DNA from: an uncultured Gemmatimonadales bacterium
GTDB lineage: Bacteria; Gemmatimonadota; Gemmatimonadetes; Gemmatimonadales; GWC2-71-9
Length of the DNA stretch: 64,000 nt
Direction: 5' to 3'
NCBI GenBank assembly: GCA_963728915.1
Contig: CAVSLV010000001.1
Coordinates: forward strand, 1,536,001-1,600,000
The notes under the pieces are model-generated. The model did not search any database, was not told where the DNA came from, and worked only from the letters and a program-made list of their open reading frames with translations. Of this stretch, positions 10,401 through 19,724 are shown in pieces (the stretch's first letter is position 1; each line of letters starts with the position of its first letter). A program made the position numbers and the translations under genes.

Positions 10401-13400
10401 ATGCATCGAATCGTTTCCATCGTCGGGCTGGCGCTGTTGGTCGCCTGCGGGCGCCCGGTGCCGGTGCGCCAATGGCACCAGGAAGCCGGATACCGGTGGC
10501 GGGAGCTCGCCTCGGCCCATCGCGAGCCGGCAGGCTTCACTCCGCTCCCCGCGTCCCGCACCGGGATCAGCTTCACCAATGCGGTGAGCGATACCGCGCT
10601 GCTCCGGAATCAGCTCCTCGCCGACGGTGCAGGCGTGGCGATCGGGGACGTGAACGAGGATGGGCTCCCCGACCTCTACCTCTGCCGCACCGAGGGCGCC
10701 AACGCGCTGTATCTCAACCAGGGCGACTGGAGGTTCCGGGACGTCGCGGCCCAGGCCGGCGTGGCGCTTCCGGACCGGCATTCGACCGGAGCGGTCCTGG
10801 CCGACGTGAACGGCGACGGACACCTCGATCTCCTGGTCACCGCCCTGGGGAATCCGAACACCCTTTTCCTGGGCGATGGCCGGGGCGGATTCACCGATGC
10901 CACCGCCCAGGCCGGCCTCGCCGGCGACCCGCGGGGCAGCACCACCGCCACCCTGGCCGACATCGACGGTGACGGCGACCTCGACCTCTACATCGCGAAC
11001 TACAAGGCCTACACCGCCAAGGACCGGTGGAGCCCGGAGGAGCGGGCCTTCGACCGGGTGGTGCGCCGGCTCGGCCCCGATCGATTCGAGGTGAACCCGG
11101 CCTACCGCCGGGACTACCGGGTGACCATGCGGGAGGATCTCCAGTCGGTGGTCCTGGTCCAGCGGGCCGACCCCGACTGGTTCTACCGGAATGACGGGGC
11201 CGGACACTTTACCGCGGAATCCATCGCCCATAACCCGCGGTTCCGTGACGAGGACGGCCGGCTCCTGGAGGAAGAGCCGGAGAGCTTCGGCCTCGCAGCG
11301 CGATTCTATGACCTGAACGGGGACGGCAGCCCGGATCTCTACATCGCCAACGACTTCGAGGACCCCGACCGGTTCTGGATCAACGACGGCCATGGAAATT
11401 TCCGGCTGGCGCCCCGCCTGGCCCAGCGGACCTCCAGCAGCTCGGCCATGGCGGTGGACATGGGCGACATCGACCGGGACGGCAGGCCCGACCTGTTCGA
11501 GGTGGATATGCTGAGCAAGGACCCCCACAGGCGCCTGAGCCAGATCCCGACCCACACCGCCCTGCTCAAACCGCCCGGGGTCATCGAGGACCGCCCCCAG
11601 CTCCAGCGCAACACCCTGTTCCTGAACCGGGGGGACGGGACCTTTGCCCAGATCGCCGAGCTGGCCGGGGTCGATGCCTCCGGCTGGAGCTGGTCCACCA
11701 TGTTTCTCGACGTGGACCTGGACGGCTACGAAGACCTCCTGGTCGGGAACGGCCATGTCTGGGACCTGATGGACGCGGACACCCAGGACAAGCTCCAGTT
11801 GAGCCTCTCGGGGCTCGACTGGCGCCGGCAGCGGATGAGCTATCCCAGGCTCGCCGAGACGAACTATGCGTTCCGAAACCGGGGCGATCTCACCTTCGAG
11901 GACGTGAGCGCAGCCTGGCACTGGAGCGCCGGGCCGGACCTGTCGCACGGCATGGCGGCGGGCGACCTGGACGGGGACGGCGACCAGGATGTGGTAGTGA
12001 ACCGCCTGGGATCGCCGGCCCTGGTGCTCCGGAACGACGCGGCGGCGCCCCGGGTCGCGGTGCGGCTTCGGGGCGCCTCACCTAACACGGAAGGCATCGG
12101 AGCCAAGGTCGTGGTGCGGAACGGGGCGGTGCCCTTTCAGGACCGGGAGGTCACCGCCGGTGGCCTGTATCTCTCCGGATCCACCACCGAGCTCACCTTC
12201 GCCGCGGGGCGGTCGGACTCCCTCGCCATCGAAGTCACCTGGCGGAATGGAGAGCGCACCACCATTCCGAACGCGCGGCCGAACCGGGAGTACGAGGTTC
12301 GGGAAGGCGGACCGGCGGATGCGCCGACCGCCCGACCGCCCGACCGCCTGACCGCCTTCGATGAAGTCCCCCTCGCTCACACCCACACCGAGCCGTTTTA
12401 CGACGACTTCGGTCGCCAGCCGCTCCTGCCCAATTCCTTCGCCCAGCTCGGGCCCGGGGTGAGCTGGCTCGATCTCGATGGCACCGGGCATGACGCGCTG
12501 GTCATCGGCGCCGGAAAGACGGGCCGGCTGGCTGCCTTTCAGTTCACCAACGATCGCCCTCACGCCGAAGAACTCGGCCTTCCGGCTGCCGAAGGCGATC
12601 AGACCACGATCCTCCAGGTCCCCGATGGGACCGGCGGATCGCTGCTCCTGATCGGTCAATCCAATTATGAACAGCGCTCGGTGGCCGACGCGGTCGCGAT
12701 GCCCTCGGTGCTGGCGGTGCCGCTCGATCGTCGCGGCCGCAAAAGCGGGCCGGTTCGCACCGCGATTCCCGGTGACACGGCGAGCATCGGTCCGCTCGCG
12801 CTCGCGGACTACGCCCACGACGGGAGACTGGGCCTCTTCGTGGGAGCGCGGATCTATCCCGGGGCCTACCCGCTCTCTCCCTCGAGCCGGCTCTACCGGA
12901 ACGCCGGGGGCGGGCGGTTCGTACTCGATTCGGCCAACAGCGTCCGGCTGGAGCACGTGGGAATGGTGAGTGCGGCGCTCTGGACCGACCTCGATCAGGA
13001 TGGCTGGCCCGATCTGGTCCTCGCGCTGGAGTGGGGTCCCCTCAAGGTGTTCCGGAACGATCGCGGCCACCTGATGCCCTGGGATGGGCTTGGGTTCGAT
13101 CGCGAGTACAGCCGCTGGCTCGGTGTTGCCAGCGGAGATTTCGACGGGGATGGCCGCCCCGATCTGGTGGCAACCAGCTGGGGCCGCAACATCCGACTCC
13201 AGGCGGACAGCACAAATCCCTTGCTCCTCTATTTCGGGAATTTCGGATCCGGCACCTCGCTCGACCTGCTCCTGGCCCGTCACGACGGACGATTCAAGGC
13301 CCCCGCGCCGCTCGCGGGATTTGCCCGGCTCCGTCGAGTAGTCCCCGCCATCGGAGAGCGGCTCCGATCCTTCAATGCCTATGCCGACGCGTCGGTGGAT

Positions 13401-14084
13401 CAGGTGCTCGGGCCCGCGGCCCGGAGTGCACTCCGATTCGGGGCCACCACCTTCGATCACACGGTCTGGCTCAACCGGGGCGACCACTTCGAGCCGCACC
13501 CGCTTCCCCTGGAGGCGCAGCTCGCTCCGGCGTTCGCGCCGGTCATCGCCGATTTCGACGGGGACGGCCATGAAGACCTGGCGTTGAGCCAGAACTTCTT
13601 TCCTACCGAGGTCGGCACTCCGCGCTACGATGCCGGCCGCGCTCTCCTCCTCCTTGGGGATGGGAAGGGTGGGTTCACCCCGGTCCCGGGCGAGCGCTCG
13701 GGACTCCTGGTGTACGGTGATCAACGGGGCGCTGCCGCAGGGGATTTCGACGCCGACGGCCGCGCCGACCTCGTGATCACTCAGAACGGCAATGCCACTC
13801 GCCTCTACCGGAATCAGGGCGCCGAACAAGGGCTCCGGGTGGTCCTGGCCGGCCCGCCGGAGAATCCCAGAGGAATTGGGGCGGCCCTCCGGCTCACCTT
13901 CGGAGGCAGGCAGGGACCGGTCCGGGAAATCCAGGCCGGGGCTGGATACTGGTCAGTGAGCAGCGCCACCCAGGTTCTCGGCGGCCGGGGACCGACCGCG
14001 CTCGAGGTGCGGTGGCCCGATGGGACCCGCCAAACGGTGGCGATCCCGCAGGGGCAGAGGGAGGTCCGAGTCGTCCATCCGTAG
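10401..14084 (+). CDS. FG-GAP/VCBS repeat and ASPIC/UnbV domain lipoprotein (CRTAC1-like), paralog B
   Basis: Likely start MHRIVSIVGLALLVAC at 10401; same architecture and colinear similarity to paralog A. Confidence 0.88.
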   Translation: MHRIVSIVGLALLVACGRPVPVRQWHQEAGYRWRELASAHREPAGFTPLPASRTGISFTNAVSDTALLRNQLLADGAGVAIGDVNEDGLPDLYLCRTEGANALYLNQGDWRFRDVAAQAGVALPDRHSTGAVLADVNGDGHLDLLVTALGNPNTLFLGDGRGGFTDATAQAGLAGDPRGSTTATLADIDGDGDLDLYIANYKAYTAKDRWSPEERAFDRVVRRLGPDRFEVNPAYRRDYRVTMREDLQSVVLVQRADPDWFYRNDGAGHFTAESIAHNPRFRDEDGRLLEEEPESFGLAARFYDLNGDGSPDLYIANDFEDPDRFWINDGHGNFRLAPRLAQRTSSSSAMAVDMGDIDRDGRPDLFEVDMLSKDPHRRLSQIPTHTALLKPPGVIEDRPQLQRNTLFLNRGDGTFAQIAELAGVDASGWSWSTMFLDVDLDGYEDLLVGNGHVWDLMDADTQDKLQLSLSGLDWRRQRMSYPRLAETNYAFRNRGDLTFEDVSAAWHWSAGPDLSHGMAAGDLDGDGDQDVVVNRLGSPALVLRNDAAAPRVAVRLRGASPNTEGIGAKVVVRNGAVPFQDREVTAGGLYLSGSTTELTFAAGRSDSLAIEVTWRNGERTTIPNARPNREYEVREGGPADAPTARPPDRLTAFDEVPLAHTHTEPFYDDFGRQPLLPNSFAQLGPGVSWLDLDGTGHDALVIGAGKTGRLAAFQFTNDRPHAEELGLPAAEGDQTTILQVPDGTGGSLLLIGQSNYEQRSVADAVAMPSVLAVPLDRRGRKSGPVRTAIPGDTASIGPLALADYAHDGRLGLFVGARIYPGAYPLSPSSRLYRNAGGGRFVLDSANSVRLEHVGMVSAALWTDLDQDGWPDLVLALEWGPLKVFRNDRGHLMPWDGLGFDREYSRWLGVASGDFDGDGRPDLVATSWGRNIRLQADSTNPLLLYFGNFGSGTSLDLLLARHDGRFKAPAPLAGFARLRRVVPAIGERLRSFNAYADASVDQVLGPAARSALRFGATTFDHTVWLNRGDHFEPHPLPLEAQLAPAFAPVIADFDGDGHEDLALSQNFFPTEVGTPRYDAGRALLLLGDGKGGFTPVPGERSGLLVYGDQRGAAAGDFDADGRADLVITQNGNATRLYRNQGAEQGLRVVLAGPPENPRGIGAALRLTFGGRQGPVREIQAGAGYWSVSSATQVLGGRGPTALEVRWPDGTRQTVAIPQGQREVRVVHP

Positions 14085-14156
14085 CAGGAGGGAGAAGCTC
14101 GCCAAGCGAACCGCGGAGCACCGTCGGCGACCTGCCCTCCGTACGCCGGCCACGAG

Positions 14157-14195
14157 AAAAAAGACGGCCGGATCTTTCGATCCGGCCGTCTTCTT
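14157..14195. terminator. Probable bidirectional intrinsic terminator
   Basis: AAGACGGCCGGATC-tttc-GATCCGGCCGTCTT, a 14-bp perfect stem with an A-run on the left (U-tract on minus) and TTCTT on the right; lies between convergent genes. Confidence 0.85.
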
Positions 14196-14212
14196 GATTC
14201 GATCAACCAGGC

Positions 14213-16036
14213 CTACTGTCTGAGCCTGGTTCCCGGCGGCGGAATCCGCGACCGGATCTCCTTGTAGATCTCGAGCACGCTCTTCACGTGCGCGTTATTT
14301 CCCGACATGACGCAGGCAGGACCCCCTCCGACCCCGCCGCACCCGGTCGGATCGTTCGGCCCGCCGAAGGTGTAGATCTCCTGTCCGAGGAGTGAAAGGT
14401 CCTTGGCCGGAATCGGCATCGATCTCGGCGAACCGGCCCAGAGCGGAATCCACACGTATGAACCTTCCGGCTCGTAGGTCGCCTGACCGGTGGCCCAGGG
14501 GCTGGCGTCGAACGGCACCGTGCTGGTCTTGGTCAGACGGCGAGCGTTGAACCAGTGGTCCGGAGACATACTGACCAGCTCCACGTGCCACTCGTAGAAC
14601 AGGGCCTTGAGCAGGTTCGTGGCCCCATCGGCGGCGGTGACCGCGGGTAACCCGCCCCGGCCGACCCGTGAACGGTTGATGAGATCCGCCGCGAGTCCGA
14701 GGTTCTGGTTGGTCCGAATCAGGCCTTCAGCCCACAGCAGGTTGTTCATGTGCTGGCTGAAGACCACGAAGTTCGCGGCTCCGGTGGGGCAATCGGGGAA
14801 CTCTCCGAATCCCACCGAGCAGTGATACCGGATGTAGCCGATATTGCTTTGGTGCCACTGTCCGCGGGTTGCGTTGAAGTAGGTCGACGGATCCCACAAG
14901 AAGTCGGTTCCGGAGTTGGGCGTCGCAGCGGGCTCGCCATCGCCAATGGTATTCCCGGCGAGGAAGCCGCCATCGCCCATCCGCTTGTCCACCCCGTACA
15001 CGCCACCGGCGTTGGGCCCGGTGATTTCCGGACGGGGATTCCCGGCCCCACCCGGCCAAGGATCGTGCTGGTTGTTGGCGAGCAACCTGGCGACGCGGGT
15101 GTCGATTCGGGTGGTGCCGTAGTCATTCCCCCACTGTTCGATCCCGGTAAAGAATTCTCCGCCTCCCCCCAGCTGATCCGACATGTACGCTTCGAGGTTG
15201 AAAGCGGTTCCTGAACTGATGCCCTGTGAGGCGTAGGTCGCGACCTGACCCCAGTTGGTCTGGGCGTTTTCGTCAGCGGTCCGGGCGAACTCGGCCAGCA
15301 GCTCGGCCTGGAAGCTCCGGGCGATCTGGGCAATCTGGGCCCCCGTGTAGGTGGGCCCACTCGGCAAACCGAACAGGGTATTCGGCGCCCCCGAGAAGTC
15401 CGCTGCGGCCGCCAGGGTAGCCGCCTGATCGAGCTGGGCAATGGCGGCGTCCCGAAGATCGGCCCGGCCGACCAGCTCGAGAGCAGTGGGATCGGATTCC
15501 TCCGTCACCACAAAGCCCTGGTCATAGGTCAGCGAGATCAGCCCGTGGGCCAGGCCCTGGGCGAGCTGGGCGACGGCCTCGACCCAGCCGGCATCCGCGC
15601 CCAGTTCCGGCGGGGAGGCCGATTGCCGGATCGCGAAGAGCACGTCGTTCGCCGAAGAAATCACGGAGTACAGGCCGTACCACCAGATCGGCAGCGGCTC
15701 ATAGGTCGACGCGGTGGTGTTGTTGTTCCAGCCGCATCGCTGTGGACATTCCACCCCGTACGACGAGTAATAGCGGGACTGGAAGTTATTCCAGGAGAAC
15801 GTGTGCTCATCCGACATCGTGGAGAACGGGGCCAGGGACGGCTCGTAGTCCGTCCGCAAATTGATGAACGACTTGATGGCCCCCGCGGCTGCCGCTTTCA
15901 CCGTGGCGGGATCGGAAAACGCCCGCTCCCGCTCCGGTGCGTTCTTGTTCACAATGTCGAGACTCGCGCACCCGGCCACCCCAACGAGCAGGGCTGCTGC
16001 CGCGATCGGGCGCCACCATCGGTTTGCTGTCACCAT
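14213..16036 (-). CDS. RagB/SusD-like lipoprotein (copy 2)
   Basis: VAGC lipobox; NNLLWAEG...INRSRV.RGGLP...YEWHVE...WFNARR; downstream of SusC copy 2; GAGGT RBS before ATG 16036. Confidence 0.85.
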   Translation of the reverse strand: MVTANRWWRPIAAAALLVGVAGCASLDIVNKNAPERERAFSDPATVKAAAAGAIKSFINLRTDYEPSLAPFSTMSDEHTFSWNNFQSRYYSSYGVECPQRCGWNNNTTASTYEPLPIWWYGLYSVISSANDVLFAIRQSASPPELGADAGWVEAVAQLAQGLAHGLISLTYDQGFVVTEESDPTALELVGRADLRDAAIAQLDQAATLAAAADFSGAPNTLFGLPSGPTYTGAQIAQIARSFQAELLAEFARTADENAQTNWGQVATYASQGISSGTAFNLEAYMSDQLGGGGEFFTGIEQWGNDYGTTRIDTRVARLLANNQHDPWPGGAGNPRPEITGPNAGGVYGVDKRMGDGGFLAGNTIGDGEPAATPNSGTDFLWDPSTYFNATRGQWHQSNIGYIRYHCSVGFGEFPDCPTGAANFVVFSQHMNNLLWAEGLIRTNQNLGLAADLINRSRVGRGGLPAVTAADGATNLLKALFYEWHVELVSMSPDHWFNARRLTKTSTVPFDASPWATGQATYEPEGSYVWIPLWAGSPRSMPIPAKDLSLLGQEIYTFGGPNDPTGCGGVGGGPACVMSGNNAHVKSVLEIYKEIRSRIPPPGTRLRQ

Positions 16037-16068
16037 GTAGGTCACCTCGTGAAGGCGGTCAGTGCCGG

Positions 16069-19000
16069 TTAGAAAGCGATTTCGATGAAGCCGGTGATCG
16101 TCCGGAACGGCGGATACTGGAACCAGGAGGCCCGACCCTTGAAGGCATCGTCGCCCGCCGGCGCCACTTCCGGATCGACCCCGCTGTAATTCGTAACGGT
16201 GAACAGGTTCCGGCCAATGACCCCGACCCGCACCTCGTTCAGCAGCCGGCCCAGCCCGATGCCCTGGAGCTGGTTGTGGTTGAAGGTGTAGTTCACCGAC
16301 AGCTCACGAAGCTTGAGGAACGTGGCGCTTTCGACGAACGCATCACTGGCCGCGGCGCCGAAGTATTCACCGGTGGCATAGAACCCTTCCGCGATCCGGT
16401 CTTCCGGCGCCTTGGCCGCCTGATCGCACCGGACGTCGGCGCAGTCCTGGGTCGCCCAGTGGGCCGTCACGTTCGCGATTTGGCCGCCCTTGCTCCAGTC
16501 GAGCAGGCCGGCGATCGAGAAACGCTTGTAGCTGAAGATCGTGTTGAAGCCCATCCGGAAATCCGGCTCGGAAACGCCCAGCAGGAATTGATTCACCGGC
16601 TTGGCGTCCCCGCTGCACGCGATCGGATTCCGGTCGGCATCCACGCAAGCCACCATCTGGATGGGGCGTTCGTTACTGGTGCCCTTGGTCGCCTTCGTCA
16701 CCAGATACCCGTCGGAGTTGATCACGTAATCGTCCGGATTGACGCTCGCCTTGGCCGGATCGAGCAGCAGCTGGTCAATGCTATGAACCCAGCGTGCCCC
16801 GACCATCGTGCCCAGGCGTACCCCCGGGGCGTACACGAAGCCCGCCCAGGTGTCGGTGGTGCCAAAGACCTGTTCGGGGAGCGGCCAGTCGGTAATGGTC
16901 TCCCGGACCCGGCTCCCCGTGATGTTGAGCTGGAGGTAGGTGTCGCGGCTGTTGATCAGCTGCGCCCCGAGAGCCACCTCATGCGTCTTGCCCCGGAGGC
17001 TCCCGATGTTCTGCCACTGCGATTCGAAACCAGTCGTGGCCAGGAGTGGCGCCTGAATGATCTCGTCGTGGGTCTTCTTGTCCGAGTAGTTGTACTCGAT
17101 GTTGAGCCGGCCATTCCAGAACTCGGCGTTGAAGCCGGCTTCGAATTCGCCGGAGTGCGCCGGTTTCAGATTCCGGTTGCCCAGCTGCTGCTTGATGAAC
17201 GTGCCACCGGACGCGGCCAGGACCTCGTACTGCGCGAAGAAGGGCGGCCGAAGGCCGGCGGTCCCGTAGGAGGCCCGGAGGCGGAACTCCGACGGCCCGC
17301 TGGTCCAGTCGAGCAACTGAGGCACCCGGATGGCGCCGGAAGCCCGGTAATACCACCGGGTCCGGGCATCGGGGCCGAAGAGAGAGGATTCATCCCGCCG
17401 GAGCAGCCCGTCCAGCACAATCTTTCCGGAGAGGTCCAGGGTTCCTACCCCGAACACCTCGCGGGTGCGCTCCTGGGTGTCCTGCGAGAAGGCCCGCTGG
17501 CCTTCCGGCTTGGTGCCGGGGAACTCGGGCACCAGCTTCACGATGTATTGCGAAGACGTGGCGGAGAGTATGCCCTCACTGACATCCTCGTAGTTCCCCG
17601 CGGCTCGAAGCGTGATGCCGGTGTTCTCGAACAGCGCTCCGGAGCCCCGATAGGTCCAGTTCCCGGTCAGGCTCAACCCGGTATTGAAATTCCGGTCATT
17701 GGTGGCCGAGCGCGAGTAGCTACCGGGGCCGCCGCCCAGCTTCGAGGAAGCGGTCCAGACCGTCACCGGCTCGACCTGCTCGAACGTTTCGGAAATCTGG
17801 TCGTAGTTGAAGTTCCCCTCCGCCGACAACCAGGTGAACGGGCGATACCGGCCCCGCACCCCACCGGTAAACCGGTTTCGCTCCCGGTTTCGATCCGTGC
17901 TGAAGAGATCGTACAGCGGATTGGTCGCGTTGGACCGCTTGTCCTGAATGAAGGCCCGGAACGGAGTGTTGTCGGGATTGCAGTTGGTGAGACAGTCGAA
18001 CTTCCCATTGTCAGCGGACCCGCACTGATGAGCGCTGCCAGCCTCACCGCAGGTGGAGGTTGGATCGACGTGCGGCTCGAGGAACGCCAATCCGAAGAAT
18101 GGCCCGCCGCCGCCGCCGCCACCATCCACCTGGCTCGGCTCGTTCGTGGTGTTCCGGCCGTAGAACGCGTTGAAGGACATGTCGAGCTTGTCGTTCAGCA
18201 CCTGATCCAGATTCATGCGGTAATTCTGCCGCCGCTGACCCTGGAGACCGGCGACCGCGCCGGGATTCTGGGTGTTCTCGAACGACACGTTGAAATTGGT
18301 CCGCCCGCGATTCTGCCCGACCGAGACGTACTGGGTCGAGAAGAGCGACGGCTGATACACCTTGTTGTAGGCATCGGCGAACGAGGGATACGGCTTGTCC
18401 TGCACGTCGATCTTCGCGGGGCAGGTTGCCCCAGGAAGATGCGGAGCATCGAGGTTGTCGTCACAGTTGGAGGCGAGCACCCGGACGCTGTCGCCCTCGT
18501 ACCCCGCCCCCCGCTCGAACCGGCGATAGAAGCTGCCGTCATCGTTGAGCAGGTAAGGATGATGCATCGTGACCGACGGGAACTTGCTGATCTTCGACTG
18601 GCCGACTTCGGCCCGGGTGGTCACTTGAATCTTGCCCTCGGGAAGCCGGGCTCCCCGTCGGGTGAAGATCTGGATGACGCCGTTGGCGCCGTTCGAGCCA
18701 TACAACGAGGAGGCCGCGGCGCCCTTCACCACTTCCACCCGCTCGATGTCTTCCGAGGAGATGTCGGCCATCGAGTTCAGGGTGCTGATGGTGCCGTCGA
18801 TCACGATGAGCGGGTCCGAGCTCCCGGTAATGCTGGTGGCGCCCCGCAGCTTGATTGACGGGGCAGTGCCCGGCGCACCGTTGTTCGATATCACTTCGAC
18901 CCCGGCGATCTTTCCCTGCAACGCGCCGAGCGCGGAGGTCGACGGGGCGACCTGAAGCTGATCCTCGGTCACCCGCCCCACCGTGAAGGTGAGCTTGTTG

Positions 19001-19398
19001 GTCTGCGTCGCGGCGGCCGTACCGGTCGTGACGATCTCCTCGAGGTGGAGCGGATCGCTGGCGAGGACCAGATCCATCGTCTGGCTGCCTGGAGTGAGCT
19101 TGACCGGGACGGTCTTGAGCCGAAAGCCAAGGGCCCGGGCCATCAGCTCCGCGTCCCGACCCGTGGCGGCGGAGGCGCTGATCGTCAGCGTGTAAACGCC
19201 GGCGGCATTCGAGGCAGTGTTGAAATTCGTGTTGGTGATGGAAATCCGGGCTCCCGGGATCGGATCGCCCAATTCGCTGGTGATTTTCCCGGTGATCACC
19301 GCCTCGCCCTGCCCATATGCCATCGTCGCGAAAAAGCCGAGCGTGGCACTGGCCAGGACGAACGCTCTGATCGAAGAACCGTGGCGCCGCTGTCTCAT
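16069..19398 (-). CDS. SusC/RagA-family TonB-dependent transporter (copy 2)
   Basis: Plug motif DIERVEVVKGAAASSLYGSNGANGVIQIFTRRG; GNRNLKPAHSGEFEAG; FLKLRELSV; YSGVDPE; terminal Phe. Confidence 0.93.
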   Translation of the reverse strand: MRQRRHGSSIRAFVLASATLGFFATMAYGQGEAVITGKITSELGDPIPGARISITNTNFNTASNAAGVYTLTISASAATGRDAELMARALGFRLKTVPVKLTPGSQTMDLVLASDPLHLEEIVTTGTAAATQTNKLTFTVGRVTEDQLQVAPSTSALGALQGKIAGVEVISNNGAPGTAPSIKLRGATSITGSSDPLIVIDGTISTLNSMADISSEDIERVEVVKGAAASSLYGSNGANGVIQIFTRRGARLPEGKIQVTTRAEVGQSKISKFPSVTMHHPYLLNDDGSFYRRFERGAGYEGDSVRVLASNCDDNLDAPHLPGATCPAKIDVQDKPYPSFADAYNKVYQPSLFSTQYVSVGQNRGRTNFNVSFENTQNPGAVAGLQGQRRQNYRMNLDQVLNDKLDMSFNAFYGRNTTNEPSQVDGGGGGGGPFFGLAFLEPHVDPTSTCGEAGSAHQCGSADNGKFDCLTNCNPDNTPFRAFIQDKRSNATNPLYDLFSTDRNRERNRFTGGVRGRYRPFTWLSAEGNFNYDQISETFEQVEPVTVWTASSKLGGGPGSYSRSATNDRNFNTGLSLTGNWTYRGSGALFENTGITLRAAGNYEDVSEGILSATSSQYIVKLVPEFPGTKPEGQRAFSQDTQERTREVFGVGTLDLSGKIVLDGLLRRDESSLFGPDARTRWYYRASGAIRVPQLLDWTSGPSEFRLRASYGTAGLRPPFFAQYEVLAASGGTFIKQQLGNRNLKPAHSGEFEAGFNAEFWNGRLNIEYNYSDKKTHDEIIQAPLLATTGFESQWQNIGSLRGKTHEVALGAQLINSRDTYLQLNITGSRVRETITDWPLPEQVFGTTDTWAGFVYAPGVRLGTMVGARWVHSIDQLLLDPAKASVNPDDYVINSDGYLVTKATKGTSNERPIQMVACVDADRNPIACSGDAKPVNQFLLGVSEPDFRMGFNTIFSYKRFSIAGLLDWSKGGQIANVTAHWATQDCADVRCDQAAKAPEDRIAEGFYATGEYFGAAASDAFVESATFLKLRELSVNYTFNHNQLQGIGLGRLLNEVRVGVIGRNLFTVTNYSGVDPEVAPAGDDAFKGRASWFQYPPFRTITGFIEIAF

Positions 19399-19724
19399 CT
19401 TCTGGCCCCCGTGTGGGTTGAAGACACTCAATGGAGCATATCGTTTGCCGCGGAAACAGTTCCGTCGTATGTATATCGATTGCAACGGCTTAGCGACAAT
19501 TCCGTCACGGGTCGGCGGGTCGAATCGACACGCCTCTCCATCCGGATCGCGTCGCATGGACACAGCGCTAAATCATGCCGGGACATCGCCCGAGACGTGT
19601 TTTAGCCTGTGCGAATATGCAGCATACTCAAGATTGCGCAAGATTTCCCTCAGGCCGCCCCAGCCTTCCTTCCCGGCCCGAACTTTGATATTGTCCCTTT
19701 GCAAGCCCCACCGAGGCAGGTCAG

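Noticed and set aside
6636..14084. Giant overlapping ORFs of 1770 aa (6636-11948,-) and 2155 aa (7617-14084,+)
   Set aside because: Their N-terminal extensions are stop-free antisense frames of the opposite paralog, common in high-GC genes. Signal peptides mark the likely starts at 10340 and 10401.
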